64,000 nt of DNA from a virus. The DNA lies in IMG/VR virus record IMGVR_UViG_3300045988_098461, positions 1-64,000 of that record; one strand, given 5' to 3'. Position numbers and translations under genes: made by a program. Each line of letters begins with the position of its first letter. Position 1 is the stretch's first letter. This document shows, piece after piece, positions 18,101 through 27,700 of the stretch. The notes under the pieces are model-generated. The model did no database searches and was not told the origin of the DNA. It saw nothing but the letters and a program-made list of their open reading frames with translations.

Positions 18101-21100
18101 ACGCAAGGTTTCCTTGGAACGCCGTGAGTGCCTTGATGTGTGGAGCGATGAAGTAAGCATCGCCTTGGTTCGTAACGAAAGAAAGGCTTACACCTGCTCC
18201 TATAGTGTTATGGTCAGTATAAACCAATGCAGCCGATTGAATGCCACTTGCATCAGGGTTATCGCAAGTTGAGAAAACCAATTGCGGACCGCCATCGCCA
18301 TAGGACAGCTTTCCAGCCGACTTGATGTAGTTTGCATCGTTGCCATAGGTAGTTCCATAAATCACCAAGCGATTCTGCTCTGCCTTGTAACTTGTGTTGA
18401 CGGTGACACTAGCCTTTGACAACTTCAAGATGTTGTCTATCTTGGTGATTCCTGTCAAGGCTTGCTCGGCACTGCTGCCCTGCACCTGTGTCGTTCCCAC
18501 ATAATGAGTATGGTTAGACAAGCTGAAAGAACTACCCTTCGTCAAGGTCAAGGTATGCCCACTGATAGATGCGGTTGTTATCGCATTCCCAGAACCTGTT
18601 ACGCTAACGGCATTCACACCGTCTGTGATACCATATCCGCTGAGACTTGTTGGCTTAGAGGTCAAACTTGCAAAAGTATGTGTATGCCCATTGAGCGAGA
18701 ATGTAGAGCCTTTTGTGAAGGTGATGGTCTTGCCGCTCTTTGTAACGGCAGTAACGGCATTTCCACTTCCGCTAACTGCTATCGCATTCACGTAACCATC
18801 GAGCGATTGGTGTGCGGTAAGGTAGTTTCCCTTCGGTTGATACAAGCTGGCAGCGTCAGTCTTAGTAAGGTAGCTCGCAAGGCTCTGATGTGAAGTCAAG
18901 AACGTTGTTCCCTTTGTCACGATGATAGTCGTTCCGCTCTTACTGATGGCTGTCACTGCGTTTCCACTACCGCTAACACTAACGTCCATAGCCGAGCCTC
19001 CTTCTAGGCTAGAGATACGAGAATCAAGAGCCTTGATGGAGTAGGCAGAGGCAATCTCACTCAGCGATTCTGATGTAAGCTTCAAGGCATTTGAATAACT
19101 CTTCACACTGCCGTTCAAGCCGCCACCACTGGATGAGGATGTCCCAACACCATAGGCAGAAACACCACCACTAGTATAGAGGTTTGCCACCTCGTTAGTC
19201 GTAGTGTTCGTAATCTTCAACGCCTTATTGGTTGCATCATACTCCATCTTTATGTTGCCGATGGAGATGTACTTTCCGTCAGGCACGATGATACTTCCGT
19301 TAATATCGGCAGTACCGTTAAACGAGTTACCCCAAAGCTTGCGAGTATTCGTGAGCTGGAGAGCCTTTTTCGCTGAACCGCTTGTAAAGTAGCCCTGCAA
19401 GGTGGTGATACTCGTCTTGTTGGTGGATATGCCCGAAGCGTTCACCCCTTCTGCCTTTTTCGCTCTTGTTACCTCGTCAGATATAGACTTATTGATTCCA
19501 TCAACGATACCACTTAAAGTGTCTGTCTGCGCAATATTGGCGAGGAAGCTCACCACCTCGTTCCACTTATTGATAACGCCGTCCGCAGTCTCCTCGTCAG
19601 TAGTTATAAGGGCGTACCAGTCATAGGCACTATCCCAACAAGTTACCTTCGTTGATGTAATGCCGTCCAATACAGACTTATTGCTATGAGTATGCTTTGC
19701 TGATACCGCACCATCCCAAGCCGTCTGCTTTGCAGTAGTAGGAATAGAGTAACCCGAGGCAAGACTAATGGCAAACGTACCGCTTGTTGTGATAGTCTTA
19801 GTTGCGCACGTCAAACCAGTAGGAAGGGTAAGAGCTACAGATGTAACAGTACCCTTATTGGTAGTATAGCCCTTTGCATCAATCTCCGCTTTGGTATAAT
19901 AGCTTGCGAGAGACTGATGAGCAGTCAGATACCCTTTATCATTGGTAAGCTGGCTTACCTTCGTGATGCGGTCAGTGATTTCTGTCCACTTATGGGTATG
20001 CGCACTAGGTGTGAATGTTGATGGCTTACCCGTGATGTTATTCCAAGAGAGATTAAGACCGCCAAGTTCTGTGGCTATGTTGTCAATTCGGCTGCTGAGA
20101 GCCTTTATAGCATAGGCATTCGGAATGCTAGTCAAGTCCGCATCCGTATAGTCTCCCTTTATGATTCTCGCATAGCTGATTACGCTTGCATTCAATCCGC
20201 CACCGCCAGTAGTACCTGCACCTTTTCCGTATGCGGTAATACCACCAAGAGCATAGAAGTTAGCAGCCTCCTTTCCTGCCGCATCCTTGGATAGTCGAAG
20301 GGCATTGTTGGCACTATCATACGATAGATAGATTCCACCAATTTTTAAGCTACCTTCGGTTGTCACGTTACCCGATACGTCAAGATGAGTGAACGGCTTC
20401 TGTGGGTCGATAGACAAGACGTTTGCCAACTTTGTCGTATCTGTAGTTCCGCTTTTCCATATAGGAGCGAAGAGAGCAAGCTGAACACCAACATTATCCT
20501 TGTTGATAATGAAAGATGTCGGGTCTGCGTGCAAAATACCGTCTGCGTCCCACCAAAGGTTTCCATTTGCGAAATAGCCTGTTCCGTCAAAGCGCAAGAG
20601 GGACTTGGCAGCAATTTTCTTCTCTTCCTCTGTTGTCGTGGAGGCTTGCTTGTCGATAGCCTTTCCACCTAGCCAAAGGGCGATGCCATTCTCCTTCGTG
20701 TCCGCTCCATTGATACCTGCGGTAACATTTCCCTTATCGTTACGTAAGGCTATCAATGTGGAGAGGATAAGACCACCCTTGACTACTGTGTCTCCATCAA
20801 CAAGAGCAGCCTTGATGTATTCAAGACCAGCCATATTAGTGATGAGCTTAGTATTGAGACCATCAAACAGATTAGACGTGATATAGTTGTTCGCCACACC
20901 CAGCTTGTCGTAGAAAGCCTTATAAGCATTCGTGAAGTTGGTATACTTCTGAGCCGCAGCCGCCTTGATGGTAGCCTTTCCATTTGAATCAGAAGCGTTG
21001 TATCTGCTTACGATGTCAGAAAGATAGGTAATGAGTTCATTTTTTGCGCTATCGAGTGTAGCCTTAGCTGAAACCAAATCCGTTTTATAGGTCGTTTCAT

Positions 21101-24100
21101 TACCATCCTTATCCAACAAGAACTTAGAGCCAACAACATTATTATACGACTCAACGGCTGCATTATAATCATCCTCCAGTCGCTTGCTATCCTGTGCGAT
21201 AGCCGCAATCTCCGAGCTATCCAAGTAGCCATCAGAGGTAAAATCATCGAAAGCCTTCTTGTTGTTAGATACGGTCGTTCCGAGGGTATTCAAGTTGCTC
21301 TGTGTCGTCTTAATCTCTTCTTGCGCCTTCTCAGCAGCTTTCTTGGCTTCCTCTGCCTTCGTGTCATCGGTATACTTGCTAGCCAATTTCCAATCGGCAA
21401 TATCGAACTTTTCTCCTTCTGCCTTGGCGGTGGAACACTTCAAGATTTCATTCTTGTAGGTACTTCCATCGCTAGGATAGGTGGCATTGACCCACATATC
21501 GTTCACGTCGTATGGGGGAACTGGCTGTGAACCGAAAATGCGTCTCTTGTCTGCGATATACTTATCCAAGGTTTTGCCATCATAGGTGGACTTTATATCC
21601 AATTCTCCCTTGATGGTAACTTTCTTCGTCTCGCTATCAAACTTGACATAGGATTCACCCTCGTAGTTATTGGCACTAGTAGGTCGGTCTCCGAAGTACA
21701 TATCTCCGTAGACGTGGAAGAAAGCCTTGTTCGTGGAATGGTTCACGCCATAGTTCACATACTCCTTGTTATTAAAGGTGTAGCCGTCAACTCCGTGATA
21801 GAGTGTTATGCAAGGGGAATAGGTGTCAACGGCAGAGAATACCAAGCAACTTTGCCTTGTGATGTTCGTTCTATTACCGCACTGATTCAGAATGTCATCA
21901 ACCATAGGCTCATCGCTGGCTGCGTCCTTGTCGATGTCCGATAAATCCACATAATGATATTTCTTGCCATCTATCTCCACTGCCTCGGAAGACACACCGA
22001 TGACTAGCCTCCAATAGTAATGGTTGCCTACGTTATGATACTTTCCTGCCGTAAGATTGAAGCTCTTGCTCCTTGCTTGGTCTCCAACCTTCCATTTATT
22101 CTCCACCTTTGAGCCATCTTGCTCACCAAGGAAGTAGCATCTGTAAGCCTTCTGACTAACACCATCATAGGTAATATTCACCTCCTCAACCTTCAATATT
22201 CGGTTACTGCCTACTGGGGTGATGAACAATTCACCACCCAATGTGTCTGTATGCAATATTTCCAAGGTCTCGAAGATTGCTTTCATTCTGACTTGTAGAT
22301 AATCTGTGGTTAGATGGGTGTTATCTAGTTCGTCAAGAGTCCAATCCCCGTTCGCCCCGACCTTCATTCCCTTCAAGAACTTCTGGAGCTTTTCCCAAGT
22401 GATAGTGCCTTTTGCAATGTCATCGAACTGCTTAGATATAAAATTATCACTTCCGTACTTCGCAATGAGTTTTCTTAGCTGGGAAACGGAATATCCACCT
22501 CCGTTACCGCTACTTCCTCCGCTCGCAATAATTGTCTGTACGTCTTCTTTGAGCTGCGTGATAGTGCCCTTAATTACTTGATTGCCTATTGTAATCGACT
22601 GAATAAAGTCGTAATCAATATTAGTCGATAGCTTCAACACTCTTGTCGCAAGCTCATATCCGTGTCCGTCCTTATACGTTATACTCTGACCGATTTGTAG
22701 TTGAGGGTTATCTTCCAAGAATACATCAGAATATGATTTAACCTCATAGTTATTCAAATCAGAGAGTAATCGCACAATCTCCTCCTTTGCTTTCTCTAAC
22801 AATCTATTTTGAGCATCCTCGTAATAGATAGTATCAGCCATTGCAATATTATAGAGTACCGTGATATTACACTTCAAAGAAGGTTTGCTTTCTCCACGAG
22901 GAATGAGCATTTCTGCTTCATTTGTAGGTATAATGACCTCATTATCCTCTTGATAGATAATTTCGTAATCACCAGCCAATACAGAGAAATTACTATCACT
23001 AACATCATCTGACGTATGCGAGGATGATGCCTCTTTATGATAGATAAGTTCAAAGCCTACATATTCGCCGTTAGAGCCACGACCAGCAAGTGGAGTAGAA
23101 AGCGCACCCGTATTAAAGTTTGGTTCAAATGAGCATCCGATATTCTTACCATTGATAAGCAAATCATCTGTAACCTCAAAGTCATACCAATAATGAGTAA
23201 CGCCATCATCAACTGTTGTATTGATAATTGTCTTTCCTTCTACTTTTTCTGTAGCAGGATAAGCCAATTTCATATACCATACTGTAAAGGTCTTATATTC
23301 CTTAACCGAGCCATCAGCATTATAAGAAATAGGTATTTTCTTATTATTATCATCAAGCACATACTTAACTCGCCCACGTACATTATATACATAGGTATTG
23401 AGCGAAGGATAAATCTGAGAAAAATCAAGCACCTTCGTAAAGAGAGGTTCTTTCGTTTTATCCGCTCTAAGGTCAAGGGTAGAATACTTATCAATAGAGT
23501 AGGAGCGTTCCTTTCCGTCTATTAATATTGTACCATTGCCCTCATCTAATTGCAGACGAATATCGCCAGATGAAACATTCTCACCTTTGCTATTTACTTG
23601 TGTAATATTTCTAGTACCGCCGAAGATAGAGAAAGCGTTATAGTAGCCTTCTTTGCTATTATTGATACTTGGTACACCTACATTCTTTCCAACCTCTAAA
23701 ACGACAGGAGTTGCACCGATTAAGACCTTACCGATGTAGATAATTTCATCATCATAGTCAATATGCCATTCGCAGTTATCTCCAATAGCATTTGTAATTG
23801 CTGTAAGTGCAGAAATAAAATCGTTATCGCTGAATGATACATTGACAGTATTTGCCGTTACATTTGAAAAGATAACTTTCCATCCGCATTCGCCAAACAT
23901 TAAATCCTTGTTAAGGAAATCTTTTATTTTTTCGCTAAGTGCAGATGTAGTACCTACGAAAGACCATACATTTTGCTTTACCTCTACATTCTGTGAATTA
24001 CGAGTATAGATAAAGAATGGGGTCTTCGATAGAATCATCTTCGGATGCTGGAATTGAGGAGTGTACTTCCAAGAGCATTCATCTGATTGAGTAGGCTCAT

Positions 24101-24317
24101 ACGATTCCAAGAGAAGAAACTTCCTAGTAACCTCTCTTACTTTATCAATCTTATATGTATAATTGATATACGCACCAATGGGCAGAATAACCTTCTCAGC
24201 AGCAGAGAAAGACAGAGAAATGTAATCTGACTTAGACATTTCCTGTTCTCTCTTAGCCGCTGATGTTACTTCTGCTTGCATCAGCAATTTATCGTTAATA
24301 TCATATATCTTAATCAT
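15189..24317 (-). CDS. giant tail tip/tail fibre protein with C-terminal S74-type intramolecular chaperone
   Basis: 3042 aa. Repeated KPTxLSGYGITDG fibre motifs, repeated SGSGNAVTA..KSG.TI..TKG units, duplicated ~50-aa modules ending GGGLN. C-terminus SDIRLKQDL...GWIAQ matches the autoproteolytic chaperone pattern. Confidence 0.85.
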   Translation of the reverse strand: MIKIYDINDKLLMQAEVTSAAKREQEMSKSDYISLSFSAAEKVILPIGAYINYTYKIDKVREVTRKFLLLESYEPTQSDECSWKYTPQFQHPKMILSKTPFFIYTRNSQNVEVKQNVWSFVGTTSALSEKIKDFLNKDLMFGECGWKVIFSNVTANTVNVSFSDNDFISALTAITNAIGDNCEWHIDYDDEIIYIGKVLIGATPVVLEVGKNVGVPSINNSKEGYYNAFSIFGGTRNITQVNSKGENVSSGDIRLQLDEGNGTILIDGKERSYSIDKYSTLDLRADKTKEPLFTKVLDFSQIYPSLNTYVYNVRGRVKYVLDDNNKKIPISYNADGSVKEYKTFTVWYMKLAYPATEKVEGKTIINTTVDDGVTHYWYDFEVTDDLLINGKNIGCSFEPNFNTGALSTPLAGRGSNGEYVGFELIYHKEASSSHTSDDVSDSNFSVLAGDYEIIYQEDNEVIIPTNEAEMLIPRGESKPSLKCNITVLYNIAMADTIYYEDAQNRLLEKAKEEIVRLLSDLNNYEVKSYSDVFLEDNPQLQIGQSITYKDGHGYELATRVLKLSTNIDYDFIQSITIGNQVIKGTITQLKEDVQTIIASGGSSGNGGGYSVSQLRKLIAKYGSDNFISKQFDDIAKGTITWEKLQKFLKGMKVGANGDWTLDELDNTHLTTDYLQVRMKAIFETLEILHTDTLGGELFITPVGSNRILKVEEVNITYDGVSQKAYRCYFLGEQDGSKVENKWKVGDQARSKSFNLTAGKYHNVGNHYYWRLVIGVSSEAVEIDGKKYHYVDLSDIDKDAASDEPMVDDILNQCGNRTNITRQSCLVFSAVDTYSPCITLYHGVDGYTFNNKEYVNYGVNHSTNKAFFHVYGDMYFGDRPTSANNYEGESYVKFDSETKKVTIKGELDIKSTYDGKTLDKYIADKRRIFGSQPVPPYDVNDMWVNATYPSDGSTYKNEILKCSTAKAEGEKFDIADWKLASKYTDDTKAEEAKKAAEKAQEEIKTTQSNLNTLGTTVSNNKKAFDDFTSDGYLDSSEIAAIAQDSKRLEDDYNAAVESYNNVVGSKFLLDKDGNETTYKTDLVSAKATLDSAKNELITYLSDIVSRYNASDSNGKATIKAAAAQKYTNFTNAYKAFYDKLGVANNYITSNLFDGLNTKLITNMAGLEYIKAALVDGDTVVKGGLILSTLIALRNDKGNVTAGINGADTKENGIALWLGGKAIDKQASTTTEEEKKIAAKSLLRFDGTGYFANGNLWWDADGILHADPTSFIINKDNVGVQLALFAPIWKSGTTDTTKLANVLSIDPQKPFTHLDVSGNVTTEGSLKIGGIYLSYDSANNALRLSKDAAGKEAANFYALGGITAYGKGAGTTGGGGLNASVISYARIIKGDYTDADLTSIPNAYAIKALSSRIDNIATELGGLNLSWNNITGKPSTFTPSAHTHKWTEITDRITKVSQLTNDKGYLTAHQSLASYYTKAEIDAKGYTTNKGTVTSVALTLPTGLTCATKTITTSGTFAISLASGYSIPTTAKQTAWDGAVSAKHTHSNKSVLDGITSTKVTCWDSAYDWYALITTDEETADGVINKWNEVVSFLANIAQTDTLSGIVDGINKSISDEVTRAKKAEGVNASGISTNKTSITTLQGYFTSGSAKKALQLTNTRKLWGNSFNGTADINGSIIVPDGKYISIGNIKMEYDATNKALKITNTTTNEVANLYTSGGVSAYGVGTSSSSGGGLNGSVKSYSNALKLTSESLSEIASAYSIKALDSRISSLEGGSAMDVSVSGSGNAVTAISKSGTTIIVTKGTTFLTSHQSLASYLTKTDAASLYQPKGNYLTAHQSLDGYVNAIAVSGSGNAVTAVTKSGKTITFTKGSTFSLNGHTHTFASLTSKPTSLSGYGITDGVNAVSVTGSGNAITTASISGHTLTLTKGSSFSLSNHTHYVGTTQVQGSSAEQALTGITKIDNILKLSKASVTVNTSYKAEQNRLVIYGTTYGNDANYIKSAGKLSYGDGGPQLVFSTCDNPDASGIQSAALVYTDHNTIGAGVSLSFVTNQGDAYFIAPHIKALTAFQGNLAWSYITNKPTTLSGFGITDGLRSVTQPSGSNVFVTGISTSGTAITYTKSYTKKSLSAVGTSGWTNASIDGNIIPDMSFIAYWNGAYSGTSSNLAYCNKGAFGSFAIKNSLAFSELTSKPTTISGYGITDAYTKSQVDTIAAKYLPLTGGTLTGQLKIEASALNGAYNGLRIGDDCYIGDCNFGNTIGLMGVGNNNAGMVKFGKGGMQFGYNGLNHIASTTAQWTNLNADLLDGWHKNNIVWSGAVNSNTASLSHYWAKLFDITVTGNQYDDRNFTFLFSNGYNDTFSVVVLRIRQNGAKDSGAYNFIISLRELVGNMSSRLRVYYNNATGNVQLWGNCQHQYGSLSYTIIKKTGRTSADFTSQGTLVTNISFSAAQSLPATTGDSPYTLLDGATRIGIVNQADKLVTARTIWGQSFNGTANVSGALSGATTISASNTISTTLQNGALKIGNKLTPISAIDAQVIFNTGAAIRFGETNWDWNQWAGLKYTHSNKTIYLGIADKSVFTANSAQSNGTLKFPGIKTITPDSGARIGGSGGDLYLGNANNSNWVKVQNICSHNGSNYWYIYQNGNAHFNNIGLTGATINGDATINGNLSVTGLISNKGILPANYEFNNKGTSCYVSADALCSGITAITDSIQINQVTVQYSNDSGNSWTNYPMSNDAKFNMYASNAGLNQIYLGYNVITGNNDAEKLAQVKKNELMVTFEISNNCYSQVYFASVDISSGIDTICTIETLNNSGAVVGTYTKHITGWNQINYIYLLPNGNAGYDLGSNSNRYIRFKFKHDQKTTALRNAVINKIRIFSFTKYSFPTDRFMGHTGHIYNFDYNMNTYFPNSILAKGGVTAYQSSDIRLKQDLRKLDYLGIIKAMGGTYGFAWKKDNTRSIGWIAQHVLCNPHLKDIVETDEKGYYKINYWSPKLIATAFGAIEQVGDEVSRLKARVVFLESEVQRLSGDKEDCNKKRLDNKNINSLN

Positions 24318-24760
24318 AACTTAATTCTATCATTCGGGTTATACTCCGTTAATTTGAGTACAAATTTACCTCTTTTTAGACCGTAATCACCAAACTGCGA
24401 GCATTGCGTGTAAACAAGTTTAAAAACCCTCTTTAGGCGAGGAACTTTCAAGCAAAATTCACCCGAATAAGCTATCTTATCAAGGAAAGCCTCATACTTC
24501 TGTAAGTAATCTTCTTCTGAACTACCTTCAAGAAAGAAAGAGATACTTACTTCACGCTTATCTTTCTTTACATACTTCGATGTAGCGATAACCGATTGTC
24601 CATGTTCCAATCGACTATCGTTAGTTACATAGCTTTTTACTGGGGCTGGGGTCAGCAGAGCTTCTCGCCAACCCCTTACCAATGTAATACCGAAAGTATC
24701 AAGGTCAATGTAAGCAGTATCCGCTTCATCGACCAATTTTATAAAAGCATCATTCTTCAT
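24314..24760 (-). CDS. distal tail protein-like (position-based)
   Basis: 148-aa ORF between the tape measure and the tail tip protein. Overlapping stop/start. Confidence 0.45.
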   Translation of the reverse strand: MKNDAFIKLVDEADTAYIDLDTFGITLVRGWREALLTPAPVKSYVTNDSRLEHGQSVIATSKYVKKDKREVSISFFLEGSSEEDYLQKYEAFLDKIAYSGEFCLKVPRLKRVFKLVYTQCSQFGDYGLKRGKFVLKLTEYNPNDRIKL

Positions 24761-24763
24761 AAC

Positions 24764-27700
24764 TTAATACTTATCCTTCATTAATTTATACATACTTGCG
24801 ATGTCTTCACGTATCAATATAATAGGGGCAGTATTCTTATTGATTGCTTCCAACTGCTGTAATCCTTGATACTGAATATCTCGCATTTCAGAGATATTAT
24901 TATATGTCTGCTCAGCATAGATGCGCAAGAAAGAAACATCAACTGCGATAGCCTTACGAACCTCATTACCTTGCTCTTGGGCAATTTGCACCGCATAACC
25001 GATACCGATAAGGCTGCTTGCTTGGTCTGCGGTGATAGCTTCGATAGCCTTGCCCGTTGCCGTCTGCTGAGATTGCGCCTCCTTATACCCTGTTATTGCA
25101 GCAATATTATCTCTTATCTTTAAACCTTCATTAACGATGTTATCGTACTCTTTTTTAAGAGCATTCAAATCATCATCCGAAAGCTGTCCCTGCTTCATCT
25201 TATCAGCCCACTTTTCATAAAGGACTTTAAGTCTCTTGTTTGCAATATCATCAACGGCAAAGTTAAGCATTGACTTATTGAGCATCGTTGTGAAATCATT
25301 TGCGAAATCTTGCGCCGATTTACTCATATCCATAAGATTGCTAATAAAGTTGTCCTTTAACGAATCGAAGGTTGTCTGCGTAAGATTCTGATTGATTTTA
25401 TCAGTCAGCTCTTCAAGCTTCTCGGCAAGGTCGGTATAATTCTCCCAATATTCAGTTTTATCATATTTACCTTGGTCGGTCATATTCTTCCATACATCTT
25501 GGTTGTATGTGCGAATATCCTTCATCTGCTCTGGAGTGAGCTTATAAATATCCTCCAAGGAATTTACCTTGCTTATCGTAGAATTAACATAACCGCCTCT
25601 TACTGCTGATTGCTGTGCCAACGTGCGATTGATAGCAGCATAATCCTGTGCCGACAGATTCCAATAATAAGCATTAGAATGATGCGAGCCATGGTAACCC
25701 ATCTGTGCTTGAAGAATTTCCATACTCTGCTTATTGATTTGCTTCTGTGCATCATAGGCTTTTTGATAATTGCTGACGGCACTCATTCCCGAAGTCTTAT
25801 CAATCGAACTCTTCAACTGCTCAATAGAGTATTGCAATCGCTCGTTTGATTCTGTAAGGCGATTCGTAGTCTCGGCAACCTCCTTCGCATTACTTCCATT
25901 GCCGATACCAAAAGCACTACCAAGCGATTTGATAGCCCCTATGCCGTTAATAGCTGCCCCGATATAGTTGCCCGTAGCAAAGTCTGATGCCGCTTGCGAA
26001 CCCTTATTGAAGGCATCTGCACCACTTTTAAGCTTCTTTCCAAGGTCTGAATCACCGAAGCCGAGAACATCAATCAATTCACTTGCTTCTTGTAGCTTCT
26101 TAGCAACGTTACCGATGCTTTCTGCCCATTCATTAGCAATCTGCTTAATTGACTTTCTTGCCTTATCTTGTGATACATTTGCATCTTCTTGTGCCTTCTT
26201 TACGTCCTTTGTTGCCTTTCCGACTTTTACCTCAGAAACAGCGAGCTCATCAAAGAGTTTCTTTAATTTTTCGAGCTGTTCGTTGCTGAGATTCATCTTA
26301 TTCTCATTAAAGAGTGCGCTCTTATTCTGAGAGGTTATCTTATTGGTGCTTACAGATACCCCCGTCTCCGCAAAGACTTTTTGTATAGCAATTTTCGTAG
26401 AAGACTGCTGTTCTTGTGCATTATATTGCTCTACTGTAGCTTTTCTTAATCGCTCTTGTGCATCAGCAGCCTCTTGTAAGAGCCGATTATATTCACGCAC
26501 CTTCTCGTTAGACCAACCCCATTTATCGGTCTGCTCAGAAATAGCATCATCAATCTTACCAATCTGTTCAGATACAACCTTCATATCATCAATATCAAGA
26601 GTACCCGAACCGAGAAGGTCTTTGAGCTTTTTTCTTAGGTCTTCGAGATAAGATTTGCTCAATCTTCCCATATCAGAGAAAACAGAATCCCAGTTGATAG
26701 AATCCTTGAAATCATTAAAGTTGAGCTTCTTTAGCTGCTCTTCAAGGTCAGTTTTCAACTTTGCTTCCTCGAAAATATTACCCTTTGCCCTTGCTTCTTT
26801 GATTTTCTCGTTATATTCCTCAACGATGGCGAGCTTCTGCTGTTCGAGATTGCCATACTCCTTCAGGTATTCACGATATGATTTTAATTCATCAGCATAA
26901 ATCTCATTATTATATAATTCTACAGTCTTCTGTTCAATGATGGTGTACTGCTCGGTAATCTTCTGAATATTCTTTGAATCAAGATGGTTCTTATCATCCC
27001 AAGTCTCAGCCTTGCCACCCTTTGCCTTAATAACAGACTGCTGTGCGTCAAATTCAGCTTTCTGTCGGTCACGCTCTGCCTTGATAGCTGCATTCTTTCG
27101 CTCTTCAATCTGCTCAATTTCTTTGGATAGCTCTCTTTTGCGCTCGGCAATAACCTTCTCTTCGCCTTCTTTCATCGCCTTAATCTTTGCATCGGTTACC
27201 TCCTGTTCCAAAGATTGCCAAGCTTTTGCTCTTTCATAAGCATTCTTATAGATAACATCATCAAGCTTCCCTTCTGCTGAATTAATCTGCTTCTGTTGAG
27301 TAGCATCTTTCTTAGCATCCGATTTTGCTTTATTCGCTAGAGAACGTTTTGCTGCTGCCTCTTGTCTGATGAGCATTCTCTGTTCGCTATTCTGCTGAAC
27401 TTGCGTTCTAAGAACTTGCATTCTAAGTTCACGCTCTGCGGCAATATCCTTCAAAGATTGAGTATGCAATTTAGCTTGCTTTTCATGTAACTCAACGAGC
27501 TGTTGCTGCTGCTTTATCTGAAAATCGTATTTCTGCTTAACAAGAGCCTTTGCCTCCTCAATTGCAGCGATTTTCTCCTTTCCTTGTAAGGTATATATTT
27601 TATTTCTTACATCGGCAATTTTTCCATCAAGTTTGAGCTGAGTTTCCTTATTCTTATTGATAGCGATTTGCGTTTCTTGAATCTTACCTGCAAGGGAAGC

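Noticed and set aside
15189-24317. Tail-fibre repeats as a CRISPR array or a DGR template/variable repeat pair
   Set aside because: The repeats are in-frame protein modules with diverged DNA, not short identical repeats with spacers. No reverse transcriptase or adenine-specific mismatch pattern was seen anywhere in the window.
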